Shown in pieces: positions 1 through 12,012 of a stretch of DNA of 64,000 bases. Source of the DNA: Dendrobates tinctorius. Lineage: Eukaryota. The stretch covers positions 26,288,001 through 26,352,000 of the forward strand of contig NW_027361788.1 in assembly GCF_039654945.1 (NCBI RefSeq). Direction: 5' to 3'. Below the pieces are notes generated by a model. The model did no database searches and was not told the origin of the DNA. It saw only the letters and a program-made list of their open reading frames with translations. The position numbers and the translations under genes were made by a program. Numbering within the stretch: position 1 is the first letter of the stretch; each line of letters starts with the position of its first letter.

Positions 1-1329
1 TACCTGTAGTAATGGCACCTGTTTAAACTTGTTATCAGTATAAAAAGACACCTGTGCACACCCTCAAACAGTCTGACTCCAAACTCCACTATGGTGAAGA
101 CCAAAGAGCTGTCAAAGGACACCAGAAACAAAATTGTAGCCCTGCACCAGGCTGGGAAGACTGAATCTGCAATAGCCAACCAGCTTGGAGTGAAGAAATC
201 AACTGTGGGAGCAATAATTAGAAAATGGAAGACATACAAGACCACTGATAATCTCCCTCGATCTGGTGCTCCACGCAAAATCCCACCCCGTGGGGTCAGA
301 ATGATCACAAGAACGGTGAGCAAAAATCCCAGAACCACGCGGGGGGACCTAGTGAATGAACTGCAGAGAGCTGGGACCAATGTAACAAGGCCTACCATAA
401 GTAACACACTACGCCACCATGGACTCAGATCCTGCAGTGCCAGACGTGTCCCACTGCTTAAGCCTGTACATGTCCGGGCCCATCTGAAGTTTGCTAGAGA
501 GCATTTGGATGATCCAGAGGAGTTTTGGGAGAATGTCCTATGGTCTGATGAAACCAAACTGGAACTGTTTGGTAGAAACACAACTTGTCGTGTTTGGAGG
601 AAAAAGAATACTGAGTTGCATCCATCAAACACCATACCTACTGTAAAGCATGGTGGTGGAAACTTCATGCTTTGGGGCTGTTTCTCTGCAAAGGGGCCAG
701 GACGACTGATCCTGGTACATGAAAGAATGAATGGGGCCATGTATCGTGAGATTTTGAGTGCAAACCTCCTTCCATCAGCAAGGGCATTGAAGATGAAACG
801 TGGCTGGGTCTTTCAACATGACAATGATCCAAAGCACACCGCCAGGGCAACGAAGGAGTGGCTTCGTAAGAAGCATTTCAAGGTCCTGGAGTGGCCTAGC
901 CAGTCTCCAGATCTCAACCCTATAGAAAACCTTTGGAAGGAGTTGAAAGTCCGTGTTGCCAAGCGAAAAGCCAAAAACATCACTGCTCTAGAGGAGATCT
1001 GCATGGAGGAATGGGCCAACATACCAACAACAGTGTGTGGCAACCTTGTGAAGACTTACAGAAAATGTTTGACCTCTGTCATTGCCAACAAAGGATATAT
1101 CACAAAGTATTGAGATGAAATTTTGTTTCTGACCAAATACTTATTTTCCACCATAATATGCAAATAAAATGAAAAAAAAACAGACAATGTGATTTTCTGG
1201 ATTTTTTTTTCTCAGTTTGTCTCCCATAGTTGAGGTCTACCTATGATGTAAATTACAGACGCCTCTCATCTTTTTAAGTGGTGGAACTTGCACTATTGCT
1301 GACTGACTAAATACTTTTTTTCCCCACTG
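1..1329 (+). mobile_element. Tc1-like DNA transposon (DD34E); left end lies outside the window
   Basis: Transposase ORF followed by a long right TIR region ending ...AAATACTTTTTTTCCCCACTG|TA at 1329. Confidence 0.93.
91..1113 (+). CDS. Intact 340-aa Tc1 transposase, DD34E
   Basis: Paired-like HTH N-terminus, [14 protein letters not shown]...SPDLNPIE with 34 residues between D2 and E; no stops. Confidence 0.95.
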   Translation: MVKTKELSKDTRNKIVALHQAGKTESAIANQLGVKKSTVGAIIRKWKTYKTTDNLPRSGAPRKIPPRGVRMITRTVSKNPRTTRGDLVNELQRAGTNVTRPTISNTLRHHGLRSCSARRVPLLKPVHVRAHLKFAREHLDDPEEFWENVLWSDETKLELFGRNTTCRVWRKKNTELHPSNTIPTVKHGGGNFMLWGCFSAKGPGRLILVHERMNGAMYREILSANLLPSARALKMKRGWVFQHDNDPKHTARATKEWLRKKHFKVLEWPSQSPDLNPIENLWKELKVRVAKRKAKNITALEEICMEEWANIPTTVCGNLVKTYRKCLTSVIANKGYITKY

Positions 1330-2832
1330 TATATACACATAGAATACATATACAGGTATATATATATATTCACACACACACACACACGTCATTGAGACAC
1401 ATATATATATTTATATTTCACAGAGTTCTTCATAGCAGAATAGCCGCTAATTCAATTGCCGGCTTCTGTCAAATCATTCCCCAACCCGACATGAAATGAC
1501 ACATGATTTACAAACAGTAAACCATTTCATTTCATGTTTTTTTTTTACATGTTCCTGACTAATAATTAGATGAGGGTTTGTGTGCAAAATTTGGGAGGTG
1601 GCACTTATCCTCTCTATTCCCACTGCCCTGTTGCGGTGGCGAATGGGTTAATATAACAAAGGGTTAATGTCACCATTCGATTGTAAGGTGACATTAAGCC
1701 GATTAATAATGGAGAGGTGTCAAGACACCGATCCATTATTAACCCTATACTAAGAAAGGGTTAAAAAAACACACACAGACATTAATTAAAAAGTCTTTTA
1801 ATGAAATAAATACACCAAGTTTTTGACAAATTTTTATTACTCTGGTAATCCAAAAAAAAACATGACCTGCAAAAAAACCCCTTAAAAAAATCACCAATAT
1901 CCTTACCTCTCCGCCGTTCAGTCATGTCCCACGCTGCAATCCATCAGAAGGGGTTAAATAGTTTACAATCAGGACCGGTGCTAATGAGACCAGCCTCACT
2001 GTACTCTACTACAAAATGAATTGATTCAGCTCTGCGCAGTCTCAATGGCTGCCTGTAGATGATCTAATTATCCGTACATTCCTCAACCAAGAATCTGCAA
2101 AAACCCTAGTCCATGCCCTCATCATCTCCCACCTTGACTACTGCAACCTCCTGCTCTGTGGCCTCCCATCTAACACTCTCGCACCCTCCAATCTATTCTT
2201 AACTCTGCTGCCCGACTAATCCACCTATCCCCCCGCTATTCCCCGGCCTCTCCCCTCTGTCAATCCCTGCACTGGCTCCCCTCCCCATTACCCAAAGACT
2301 CCAGTTCAAAACCCTAACTATGACATACAAAGCCATCCACAACCTGAGTCCACCGTACATCTGTGACCTAGTCTCCCAGTTCTTACCTGCACGAAACCTC
2401 CGATCCTCACAAGATCTCCTTCTGTACTCCCCTCTTATCTCCTCTTCCCACAAACGTATACAAGATTTCTCCCGCGCATCCCCTCTACTCTGGAACTCTC
2501 TACCACAACATATCAGACTCTTGCCTACCATGGAAACCTTCAAAAAGAACTTGAAGACCTACCTCTTCCGACAAGCCTACAACTTGCAGTAACCACCGAT
2601 CCACCAAACCAGCTCTTCCCTCTCCTACTGTAACCTAACCCATCCCGTTGTAGATTGTGAGCCCTCGCGGGCAGGGTCCTCTCTCATCCTGTACCAATCG
2701 TGACTTGTATTGTTTAAGATTACTGTACATGTATGTATTATGTATACCCTCCTCACATGTAAAGCGCCATGGAATAAATGGCGCTATAATAATAAATAAT
2801 AATAATTATATATATATATGTGTCTCAATTAC

Positions 2833-2866
<34 letters not shown>

Positions 2867-3110
2867 TCTATGTGTCTAGATCTATTCTTTCATTTGGATT
2901 TAAAAACCTGTCATTGGGCTCCATTATATGTCCGTTTTGCAAGCCTGCGAGAAAAAAACGGTATACGGATGCCATACGGATTACATACGGATGCTTACAT
3001 GAGAAAAATAAGCGTCCACACCCTGACAACAGATGACATACGGGGCACTATTTAGGGACCATTTATGCGGATTACGGCTATATAATACGGTCCATATTTC
3101 TATATGTTGT
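1330..3110. mobile_element. Partial copy of the large foldback non-autonomous element family also found at 46310-52114, interrupted by an L2 fragment
   Basis: 1390-1700 matches 49415-49770; 2865-3070 is the reverse complement of 46375-46560 (shared pseudo-peptide PYGLHTDAYMRKI); contains TA tracts. Confidence 0.75.
2060..2808 (+). mobile_element. 5'-truncated L2-clade LINE (RT C-terminus, 3' UTR, (AAT)n tail)
   Basis: Translation LVHALIISHLDYCN...YKAIHNLSPPYICDL...RNLRS...FSRASPLLWNSLP...FKKNLKTYLF; tail GTAAAGCGCC...GGCGCTATAATAATAAATAATAATAAT. Confidence 0.9.
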
Positions 3111-4110
3111 GTGTGACTACAGCCAAAGGCTGCAGAAAGTTTCCATGTGGTGTAGACTGAATGACGATCTTCTCCATTGATTTAGTGGGCAGGTCAAAAA
3201 TCAGCAACAAAATCTAACAATTACATATTTTATTATGGATTACCTGGGGATAAAATGTACAAATCTAGTCTAAAATAGGTAAAGAAAACGCTACATAGTC
3301 AGCAAGTTAGTTTCTGCATAGATATTGCTTATGCACCCTATCATTTAGTATCCGGTCAGCTATAATGTGCACTAATGACATAGGGTCAGTCGCGGTGACA
3401 GGGTCCCTTTAAATCTCCATACTCCTAACCTCATACAAATAATCATCAGAAATTCAGTGATGATTCTGTTTTGTGTAAAGGATGAGTTTCCTCTGAATAA
3501 ACATTTTTTTTTACTATGTCCTGGGCACAGAGCACATTTAGATCATCCTGCATTCCTGCCAAGTAAAACTACTTTTAATTTGCAAGTTTACAGAGCTTTG
3601 GCGTGTGAATGGCTGTGTGCAATGGACAATGAGACAGACATAGGACTGTGCTTGAGACCTACAGATGCTTTAGGGGGCTGTTGGGGAGGGCTACCCAGCT
3701 GCTCTGTTGAATTTTGTGCAGTATCAATACAGCTGTAAAATGCCTGTGATGTCCAGCTCAGATGTTATTCGTCTGTCAGCAGCGTGACGCTTGATGAAAC
3801 CATGTAGTGTGGCCCCTGGAAGGTCTGCTGTCCCTAATGTCATTAATAGTCATCCAGATTCCCACTGATATTACAGATAATGCTCTCCCACACAGAACAC
3901 GTGGATGGATTCATTACATTTAAAGGAAAAGCATTACAGCAGCTTGGAATTAATATTCAGGTTCTGACTCCACAGTGAATCATAAACCACAAAAATCGTA
4001 TTACAGCTAGTAGAGGCAGAGCTGGATATATTCCTGGAAGCTGCCCCAGACTAGTACGATATTTAGACACCTTAGATTTCCATCTTCCATCCATTACGGT
4101 AAGTACTCAC

Positions 4111-4218
4111 TCTGACACCTGGGATCCCATTGAAACCGGGAAGTCCATCTTTTCCTATTAAACCAATGGTGCCTTTTTCTCCCCTTTCCCCGTCAGGTCC
4201 TGGTTCTCCTTTTTCACC
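4111..4218 (-). CDS. col27a1: Collagen XXVII alpha-1 triple-helix exon, 108 bp (last exon in the window)
   Basis: aatag|GEKGEPGPDGERGEKGTIGLIGKDGLPGFNGIPGVR|gtgagt; aligns with recalled human COL27A1 [36 protein letters not shown]. Confidence 0.88.
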
Positions 4219-4958
4219 CTATTGCCACATATGAAAAAAGCAGATTAGAATATATGTAAATTCCAGATCTTCACTTTCCAAATAAATTCCTACTTTTTAA
4301 CAAAAATTGCATACTGGTATCTCTCTGACTGTATTTGCTATAAGCTTGCAGAGATGTGACTGGGGATGTGACATATACAGCACTGACAGCCATGGAGAGC
4401 CGGTAAGCGGACCTATGTTTGTGTGTTGAAGATGAACGGATGACCTGAAGCATCAGTTAACTCTGACTGACCATGTCACGATCATGGAAGTAGGAGAAAT
4501 GGCTCTGAAGCAGAAACTGCAACTAAAACACCGAACAGACGAATGAAACATGAATGAAACACACACGTGCAACAATTGCAAATATATGACTTTTTTATCC
4601 CCCCCAGATGCACGATACTTCCCATTCTCTATGGCACAAAAGCGCACAAGTAGCCCTAAGAGTACAGGAAGGGTTTCTTCACATCATGTCCCATTTGCCA
4701 ATCTGACATGTATTCAATACAGGATTTGTGGCAGAAATCTAGGATTGATGCATTGATTTCTGCCACAGTCACATGCCACTTTTCCAAAGCCATGGACCAA
4801 ATTCTCAACCGATTTTGTTTCCAGTGCTTGTGAACGGGGTTACAGAGAAACCATTACCATGTATTGACTAAAGATTACTTACAGAGTGGATGGGGATTTT
4901 GGTGTGAAATCTGCGTCAAAATTCTCATCAAATCCTGAATGTGTGAATGGAGCCTTAA

Positions 4959-5900
4959 AGGGTTTTTTTTACCATGAACAAAAATTGTTTTTAATCAAAT
5001 GATTTTGGAATAATAATAATTTCCACAATTGGATGTGTTTCAATAAAATGTTCCTGTGCTGAGATAATCTTATAAATGTGCCCCTGCTGTGTCATGGCTG
5101 TGTCTGACTGCGCAGGAACATGGTCTGATCATACCACAGCTCCTGTGCAGGAAGGGAGCATAAGGGTCAGTGTTGGAAGCGCTTTAGACGCAGCACATGT
5201 CCGCTCCGTCCAAAGCGCTGCCGGCTTTTGTACGCGCGGTGATTCCGCATGTGATCATTGAACACATGCGGAATCACCGCTTCCTATACATAGGACGGTG
5301 CTATTTATCTTGTGGAGATGGAGCGTCTCCGCAAGATAAATTGACATGCTGCGGTCTAGAAAGAGGGACCGCTTTCTCCGGTTACACAGGGAAGCTGGAG
5401 GGGTCCCTGCACGCATAGTGGAGATGGGATTTCATAAAATCTCATCCACTATGCTGTCTGTAATATCTGACCGCTGTGGGTTGGACGCTGTGGATGTACG
5501 CAGCGTCCAATCTGCAGTGTTTACTAACCGTGGAAACATACCCTAAGAGTATACAGACATTACACAGCATGGGATCAGCAGATTCTTATTATGAGGTAAA
5601 ACATTTCCCTGCCTGTTTTTAAGCAATGTTTTATTTCAAACAAAGAATCATTTGTGCTCCCGTGCTGTAATGTCTGTACGCTTCCCCACCCCCCAACCTG
5701 CCCAGGAGCTGTGGTATGATCAGACCATGTTCCTGCACGATCAGACACAGCCATTACACAGTACACAGCAGGGGCACATTTATAAGATTATCTCAGCACA
5801 GAAACATTTTATTTAAACACATCCAATTGTGGAGGAAATTATTATTATTATTTCAAAATCAATTGATTAAAATGAACTTTCGTTCATGAGGAAAACCCCT
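4959..5900. mobile_element. T2/Kolobok-type palindromic MITE with a nested Harbinger-type MITE (5164-5543)
   Basis: TTAA|AGGGTTTT...AAAACCCCT|TTAA; ~200-bp arms are inverted repeats; inner element flanked by TAA on both sides. Confidence 0.8.
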
Positions 5901-6485
5901 TTAAGTTGTATTCAGAAGATTGAAGTAAATCTCCAGTGAAAAATGCACCATTTTCTATCTGCAATGAATAGGTTTTGTGTACACATGCTGTTTTTCACAC
6001 AGTCACTGATACATCCTTGAATGGAGTCCTGCATGATCTTTTTGACACAGAATGCATAGAAAACTGCTAATGTGAATTGTCCCATTGACTCCAGTGCTGT
6101 GCGATCTGTGCTCACATGTGAAAATACTTTGTACACAATTGACCCTAAATCACTTGTAAGTATCTACAATAATGTGTGAGATCTTATATGTAATTCTTCT
6201 GTCTGATCTCACTCCATATAGTGTTATCGTACCCGACCATGTAACCCTCCATTACTCATAAGGCTTTGCCAGAGCAGACATAACATCTGTGTGTGTGACA
6301 TCTCCAGCATACTTCAGAAATGTGGCCTCCATCACAAGGGGATTGTACTTGCCAGCACTTCCTCCAAATTACAAATGGACAAGTTCTTGCTGGTAGATGT
6401 TTCTGCAAATGAAACCTTTGAGCGAATGCACCTGGTCTTCAGGAACAACAAAACCAAATCGTCAATCCATAATGGGGACACTCAC

Positions 6486-6539
6486 CTTCAGTCCGTCAGG
6501 GCCCATTAACCCGCTGTCACCTTCTAGGCCTGGTTCCCC
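6486..6539 (-). CDS. col27a1: Collagen XXVII exon, 54 bp
   Basis: ctgcag|GEPGLEGDSGLMGPDGLK|gtgagt; near-identical to recalled human GEPGLEGDSGPMGPDGLK. Confidence 0.92.
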
Positions 6540-6974
6540 CTGCAGATACAGATCGTAGCATCAGAAAGTGGACAAACTAGTAAGAAATGACTGTAGGATT
6601 GTCAATTGCATCAGGTTTCCAATGGGATTATGAATCGTTCTGGTCTTTAGCTAGTATTAAGCAAGTACAAAACCCATCCCTGTGCTCAGTATTATTATTC
6701 ACAAACTTGTGCTTCATTGTGCCTACCTGCGGGAGGCACTATAGGACTAGTAAAGAAGGTTATTCACCCCGACATGTTGCTTGCCTGACAGTAATAGACA
6801 AAAGAGTTGCATGTCATCAGTCTAAGGCTATGTGCACAAGTTGTGTACTTGCAGCCGTTTTTCTACAGAAAAACCACAGTGTTGGTAGGAAAAATGCATG
6901 AATGGGTAAAAAATGCTGAAAGAAATGACAAGCTGCAGATGTGAAAAAATGCTTTAAGAGTTTTTGATACTCAC

Positions 6975-7028
6975 TCTCTGGCCTATGAGACCTTGTTCTC
7001 CTGGTATTCCCAGTGGACCAATATCTCC
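6975..7028 (-). CDS. col27a1: Collagen XXVII exon, 54 bp
   Basis: catcag|GDIGPLGIPGEQGLIGQR|gtgagt; recalled human GDLGPLGTPGEQGLIGQR. Confidence 0.92.
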
Positions 7029-9081
7029 CTGATGACAGAAATATAGACAAGATCAGTGTTAAAGTAAACTCACATATCTAAACAATGGTTCAGAACTGAA
7101 GACAGAATTAACACCTCCAGAGCTGTACTGTGAATTTAAAGAGACACTAACTTTAATGTGAGGTAGGCTAAGAAAACGTCTCTAGATAGACGGTGTTTTC
7201 ACGCTCTTTGGATTGACGTCCCTTTAAGAAACAATAGAAGACTCGAAAATAGACCTAGTTCCCATTCAGTTTTGGAAACAGCTGAAGCCCTTTTCCAGGC
7301 TTGGGTTTATATTTCATGCCATTTTCTATTCTAAAGCCCAGGTCCAGACTTTTCTGTTTTCCTACTATAAATATTCCTCGGTTTGTTGCTTGTGAAGCTC
7401 TGACCCTTTGTTCAGAAAACAAACTACTGCTGTTAGACAACAGGGAACACGATTGGGAAAGACATCTGGGTCCAAACCGGGACTTGACGTCTCATGTAAA
7501 TGTGCAGGGCTTGGAGATGGAGGGGTCTTGTTCAATACACCAAGAGCTTGTCCTCTGTCCAGCTGAGATAAGAGCTGCGCCCTGGCAGCCGCTGAGAGCT
7601 GTCAGCTACTGTGAGCCTCGCATTTCCAAATGGCAGGACAGCGCACATCAATGGGGTTTTGTTCCCAAAGAAAAGAACAGGAGGAGAGGACGGTTTAGGT
7701 TTCATCTCTGTCACAAAGTGGGAACAGTAGCTTCTGTCATAAGCCAGGGATGGCTTGCCAAAAACAATGAGGTTGGGGTGGTGGGGGGCTAACATAAAAT
7801 GCAGAGATACAATAAGAAGTATGAAAGCGGCAAGATTTACCCTCCAAAATAAACAGGATGACATTAAAGCAAAAATTCCTTTGGGAGAAGAGCAAAACTA
7901 GATCTGACGGACACTCACAATGGTCTCAAGCTGCTCTGATCCTGGGTATATTAGGCTGCCCTTGTCTCCTCCAGCTGTAATAGAGGCTCAGGGAAAAACA
8001 AAGACTTTACACTGTGTGGGCAGATTTATCTCAGTCCTACCTGGCTACAGAAAACTGAGTGGCCCAAAATACTGATATCTTGCCACATTCTTTGATCTCA
8101 GTCTACAGCTCCTATGCAAACCTGTGGGTCTCCAAGGTAACAGACGACAAACAAACCTTGTGTAGTCATGTCAGGTGTTACCATGTACCATCTTGTCTCT
8201 TACTTCTCACTAACCCACCCAAATGTATGTACATTACCAACAAATAGGGGGAGAGATGGAAGGGAGCATTACTTCAGGATCGTAAGAAAAAAGGGTAAAA
8301 AACCTTTAAACAATGTCATCACAGTACTGCACATTATTCATGTACTTAAAAATGTAGGATACTACACATCTCGACATATAGATGGTAGTGGTAATCTAAC
8401 GGATGTTTTCAGCACCCCAGAAAATTACCTGATGAATACTGTCATTAAGACTAGTATTATAGGGGACATGATGTTGCATACTAATTACTCAGAAATCGCA
8501 ATCTACACATCTTCATTTCATTAGTTAATTGTGGCCTAAACACGTGCGCCAGTTTGAGAAGGGAAAACATGGTTAAGTGGTCTGATGAACATTCACTATC
8601 TACACCTTGATGAGCACATGAATGAATATAGCGCCGAGCTGTTAGTGTACATTATATCACTCCCACACCATAATGCCGGGAGTAGAACTGGTGTGACATT
8701 CCCTTGTGAAGGTCTGTACATGGGGTGGCTCAAAACCTAATGTAGTGAAAACGCCTTTTGATGGATTGTGTAGACGCTACCTGATACATTGGGCTCAAGA
8801 TGTGATGTCCAATCTCACTTGCAAAAGAGAATAGATCAATAGCAGAACCATTGGTACGGCCATTCTCCAAATTCAACAGGACAAAATCCTGTGATTTCCA
8901 TGAGTGCACAATTTTTCCTTCTTGGTGTTGCATATGCACACACACAATATAATATTATACACTGCTCACAAAAAGTCTGGGATAATTGGCTTTTCGGGTG
9001 AAACTTCAGGATGACCATAAAGTGCACTCTAACTTTTTCAGGTGACCTTAATGTGATGTCTCTAAACTTTTGAATACACTA

Positions 9082-9868
9082 TGTGGTGTAATGACCGCTG
9101 TGTCCACTAGGGGGCGCTGTGCGGATGTCCTAGGAGAAAGGATGAATGGCAGAACCATGAAGGACCGTTATGTATCTCAAGGTGGGTGGCCTTGAGATGG
9201 AGACTGATGCATGTATTGACCAGCAGTAATACTGCTGAGGTGTCGTTTCTACGTATTAGGGAGAAGTCTCCAGGTAACTAGAGAGTTGGGAGGGCCTGGT
9301 TACCTACAAACCCACCCAAGGGATGTGTCTGGAAACGCCTGTAGTAAAGATGTGTGAGTGCTTGAAGGACCTGTGATGAGGTCATAGCCATGTGACCCGG
9401 TGGGCGTGGCTACAGACCATATAAGGCGGCCAGGGTAGGTCACATAGGGTGAATGCTGGGACCTGGTTGGTCCAGTGTGGAAGGTCCCGCTAGGAGAAGC
9501 ATCTCCTGGCTAACAGCCTGTGGAGTGGCTGTGTGTCATGGCTGCCAGCGTCTGAGTGTCCCAGAGAAGAGAGTGGATGTCTGCAGCGTGGGGAAACAGC
9601 CATTGGGGAACCCTGATGTGGGTGAGATAATGATGAGGCTGAAGAGCCTGAGTATGGACATTGAGTAACCTGTGTGACCACAGGCTTAACCAGAGTAAAG
9701 CACTATAATGGACGCTATGCTGTAATGCTGTTTATGTTGCTTCTATGGGTTTATGAAGGAGGAATAAACCTCATGGACTGTGTTATGCCTTATGGAAACC
9801 TGTGCCGGACGTGATTATTCGCTGCCAAGCGAGTGTTCCCCAACCCTGAACTACAGCGCTACCTCACA
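9082..9868 (+). repeat. 5' LTR (787 bp)
   Basis: TG...CA ends; TATA-like CATATAAG ~9418; AATAAA ~9763; differs from the 3' LTR by about 6 substitutions and one 14-bp indel (counted by eye). Confidence 0.95.
9104..9118 (+). promoter_or_regulatory. CTCF consensus motif in 5' LTR (second copy at 13134-13148)
   Basis: CCACTAGGGGGCGCT matches the CTCF core CCASYAGRKGGCRS. Confidence 0.6.
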
Positions 9869-9870
9869 TA

Positions 9871-9881
9871 TGGTGGAGAAT
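9871..9881 (+). promoter_or_regulatory. Primer-binding site, tRNA-Ala type
   Basis: TGGTGGAGAAT 2 nt after the LTR is complementary to the tRNA-Ala 3' end (...ATTCTCCACCA). Confidence 0.75.
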
Positions 9882-10727
9882 TGCAAAGGGCAAATTTGTA
9901 GCCTTATTGCTAGGGGCAACGGAAAAGGACTGCAAAGTTTCGGTTGCTAAGGGCAACGGGTTCCAAAGGCACATGGTGCAGTGAGACTGTGGATTGTGAT
10001 AGGGTGCCTCTGCGGATAAGAGGTACCCGAGGACCTGTGTGGCCGACACAAGTAACGGACAGGTGTTCGTTGTTGTACTGACCTGGGTCAGTGAGCAAGG
10101 TCCTGGAGGGTCAGTGTTGGGAGGTTCTGGGAGAAGAATCGGATCCCTGGAACACGTGGTATGACCTTGGACATGGTGAGGCGTGAATGTTGGGCAGTCT
10201 CAGGCGGAGACGGATGTCCTGAATAGCACCCGCTGAGCCCTGAACCTGGTGAGGTCGGTGTGTTGGGAAACCCTGGGAGGAGGGTCGGCTCCCTGAATAG
10301 CACCCGGTGTGTTGGACGGTCTCAGGCAGAGATGGTACGTCCCGAATAGCACACAGCCAGGACACGCAAGTTTTTTTTGTGTGGTGGTTTTTTTTTTCTC
10401 AACTCAGCTTGCGGTGGCTCAGTGGGAGTCACGAAGGTGACAAGCGGCTTCCTGTAACTCGGCGGGGTTAGGAAGGTGACAAGCGGCTTCCTGTAACTTG
10501 GCGGGGTTACGAAGGGGACAAGCGGCTTCCAGTGGATCGGCGGGTCCACGAAGACGGCGCAGCAGGAGCTGCAGTGACACCAGCAGCTGGGTGTGAACAG
10601 CAGCCGGTGGTGCTGGTGATCGATGACAGCAGGAGCTGTGGTGGTGCCAGCAAGGACTTGTGTGGTATCGTAAGAGACATAAACTGTACTGTGTGAACTG
10701 TGGCATAAGAAGTTCTGCAGAACAGAC

Positions 10728-11462
10728 ATGGGGAAATCCCGAAAGGGGGTGGTGGCCCAAATTGGAGTGGTAACCCAAAAAGGGGTGAAGTCCCAGGAGG
10801 GGGCGGCGACCCAAATTTGGAAGGTCCAGGAAATAGCAGCACTGGTTGCCTCAGTGGGTATGTCTGGGGAACCGCAGTGTGGGTGTATGTCTTGGGAGGA
10901 ATGCGGTGTGTCTTTTCCTGATGATGACGAGCCACAGGTGTGTACCGTGATGCTGCACCGGGAAGGAGTCCCTGGTAGGCTGGACTCAAAGAGTCAGGTG
11001 ACTCTGACAGGAACTCCGCTCGTTTTAGCTCTGACCGAGAAAAACGTCAGAGTTTGCTGCGTCCACGGGGTCATTGTGAATTATAAGGTAGACAGAGTCC
11101 TGATTGAGATGACAAAGGGGGACTGCCAAGGTGGTAGTATGTCACCAAACCTAGTGCATACCTTTGAGAGGCGCCGGGACTTTGTCATGTTTAAAGATGT
11201 AGGGCTAGCAGACACTGAGACGCTGACGCCTCCTAACGTGGACAGGCCAGAAATAGGGGCGACCGGAGAAAGAATTGCGTCAGACGAATTTACTGACCTG
11301 ACGTCACCTGAAGGGTACCACAGTGTGAATGAGAATGGTGTGGTAAACAAAAAGAGCGGAGCTGACACACAGATAGAGAGTGCCCTGGGGGTTCACCGTA
11401 CGATGTGGTGTGACTGTGACGTGTTGTTGCCAGTAGCCACCACTAGGACAGAATCAATCTAG
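10728..11462 (+). pseudogene. Degenerate gag zinc-knuckle and aspartic protease remnant
   Basis: VCTVMLHREGVPGRLDSKSQVTL...VRVCCVHG...Y...VLIE...PNLVH...RRDFVMF follows the Gmr1-type protease pattern (LDSG.S.VTL, CVHG, GRDF) with DSG changed to DSK. Confidence 0.6.
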
Positions 11463-11466
11463 TGCT

Positions 11467-11961
11467 GTGCTGACTGAAACTCATGACAGGACTGAAGGTA
11501 ACCTAATCGAGAAGATAACGGGAGTAGAAACACGGTCAGAGGGTGACTGGAGGGTTCACTCGACTGACGGGACTGACTCAGCGGTACCTTTTGACAATAT
11601 AATCAAAGAATTAGTGGTGCGACACGTGCTGGCCAAAAGAGAACAAGATCAGGAGATACAGTTAATAAAAGAGACAGTGGAAGAACATGTCAAACGAGAA
11701 GGAATCTTGAGACAATTGGCCGAGCACAAGGTGGAGGGGCTCGAGAAAGAAGTCTTGGAGCTCAGAGGTCACCTGTCCACCTGGCAAAGTGTGTACAAGG
11801 GCCTTAAAGAAGAGATGGAAGAACTTAGAGGAGTAGTAAAAGGTCTTCTGCGGGAGAAGAAGTTGGACGAGGACTTACCGTGGGTGAGCGCGAGTGCCAA
11901 CAAGACGGAACTGCCAGTATCCATCGTGGCCAAGGGTCATGAAGAGATCAAAGTGTGTTAA
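11467..11961 (+). CDS. Coiled-coil ORF of unknown origin, same frame as the downstream KH ORF
   Basis: Heptad-rich E/K/L segment (LRQLAEHKVEGLEKEVLELRGHL...YKGLKEEMEELRGVVKGLL); only one TAA (11959-11961) separates it from the next ORF. Confidence 0.45.
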   Translation: MLTETHDRTEGNLIEKITGVETRSEGDWRVHSTDGTDSAVPFDNIIKELVVRHVLAKREQDQEIQLIKETVEEHVKREGILRQLAEHKVEGLEKEVLELRGHLSTWQSVYKGLKEEMEELRGVVKGLLREKKLDEDLPWVSASANKTELPVSIVAKGHEEIKVC

Positions 11962-12012
11962 GTTTGTAAGTTAAGAACTGAAGAAGACAGTCACCCGGTT
12001 GGGTCAACTGTA

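Noticed and set aside
11320-11345. SVNENGVV resembling the FXR1 C-terminal SVNENGLV
   Set aside because: Only ~8 residues and upstream of KH0, out of order; may be chance without alignment statistics
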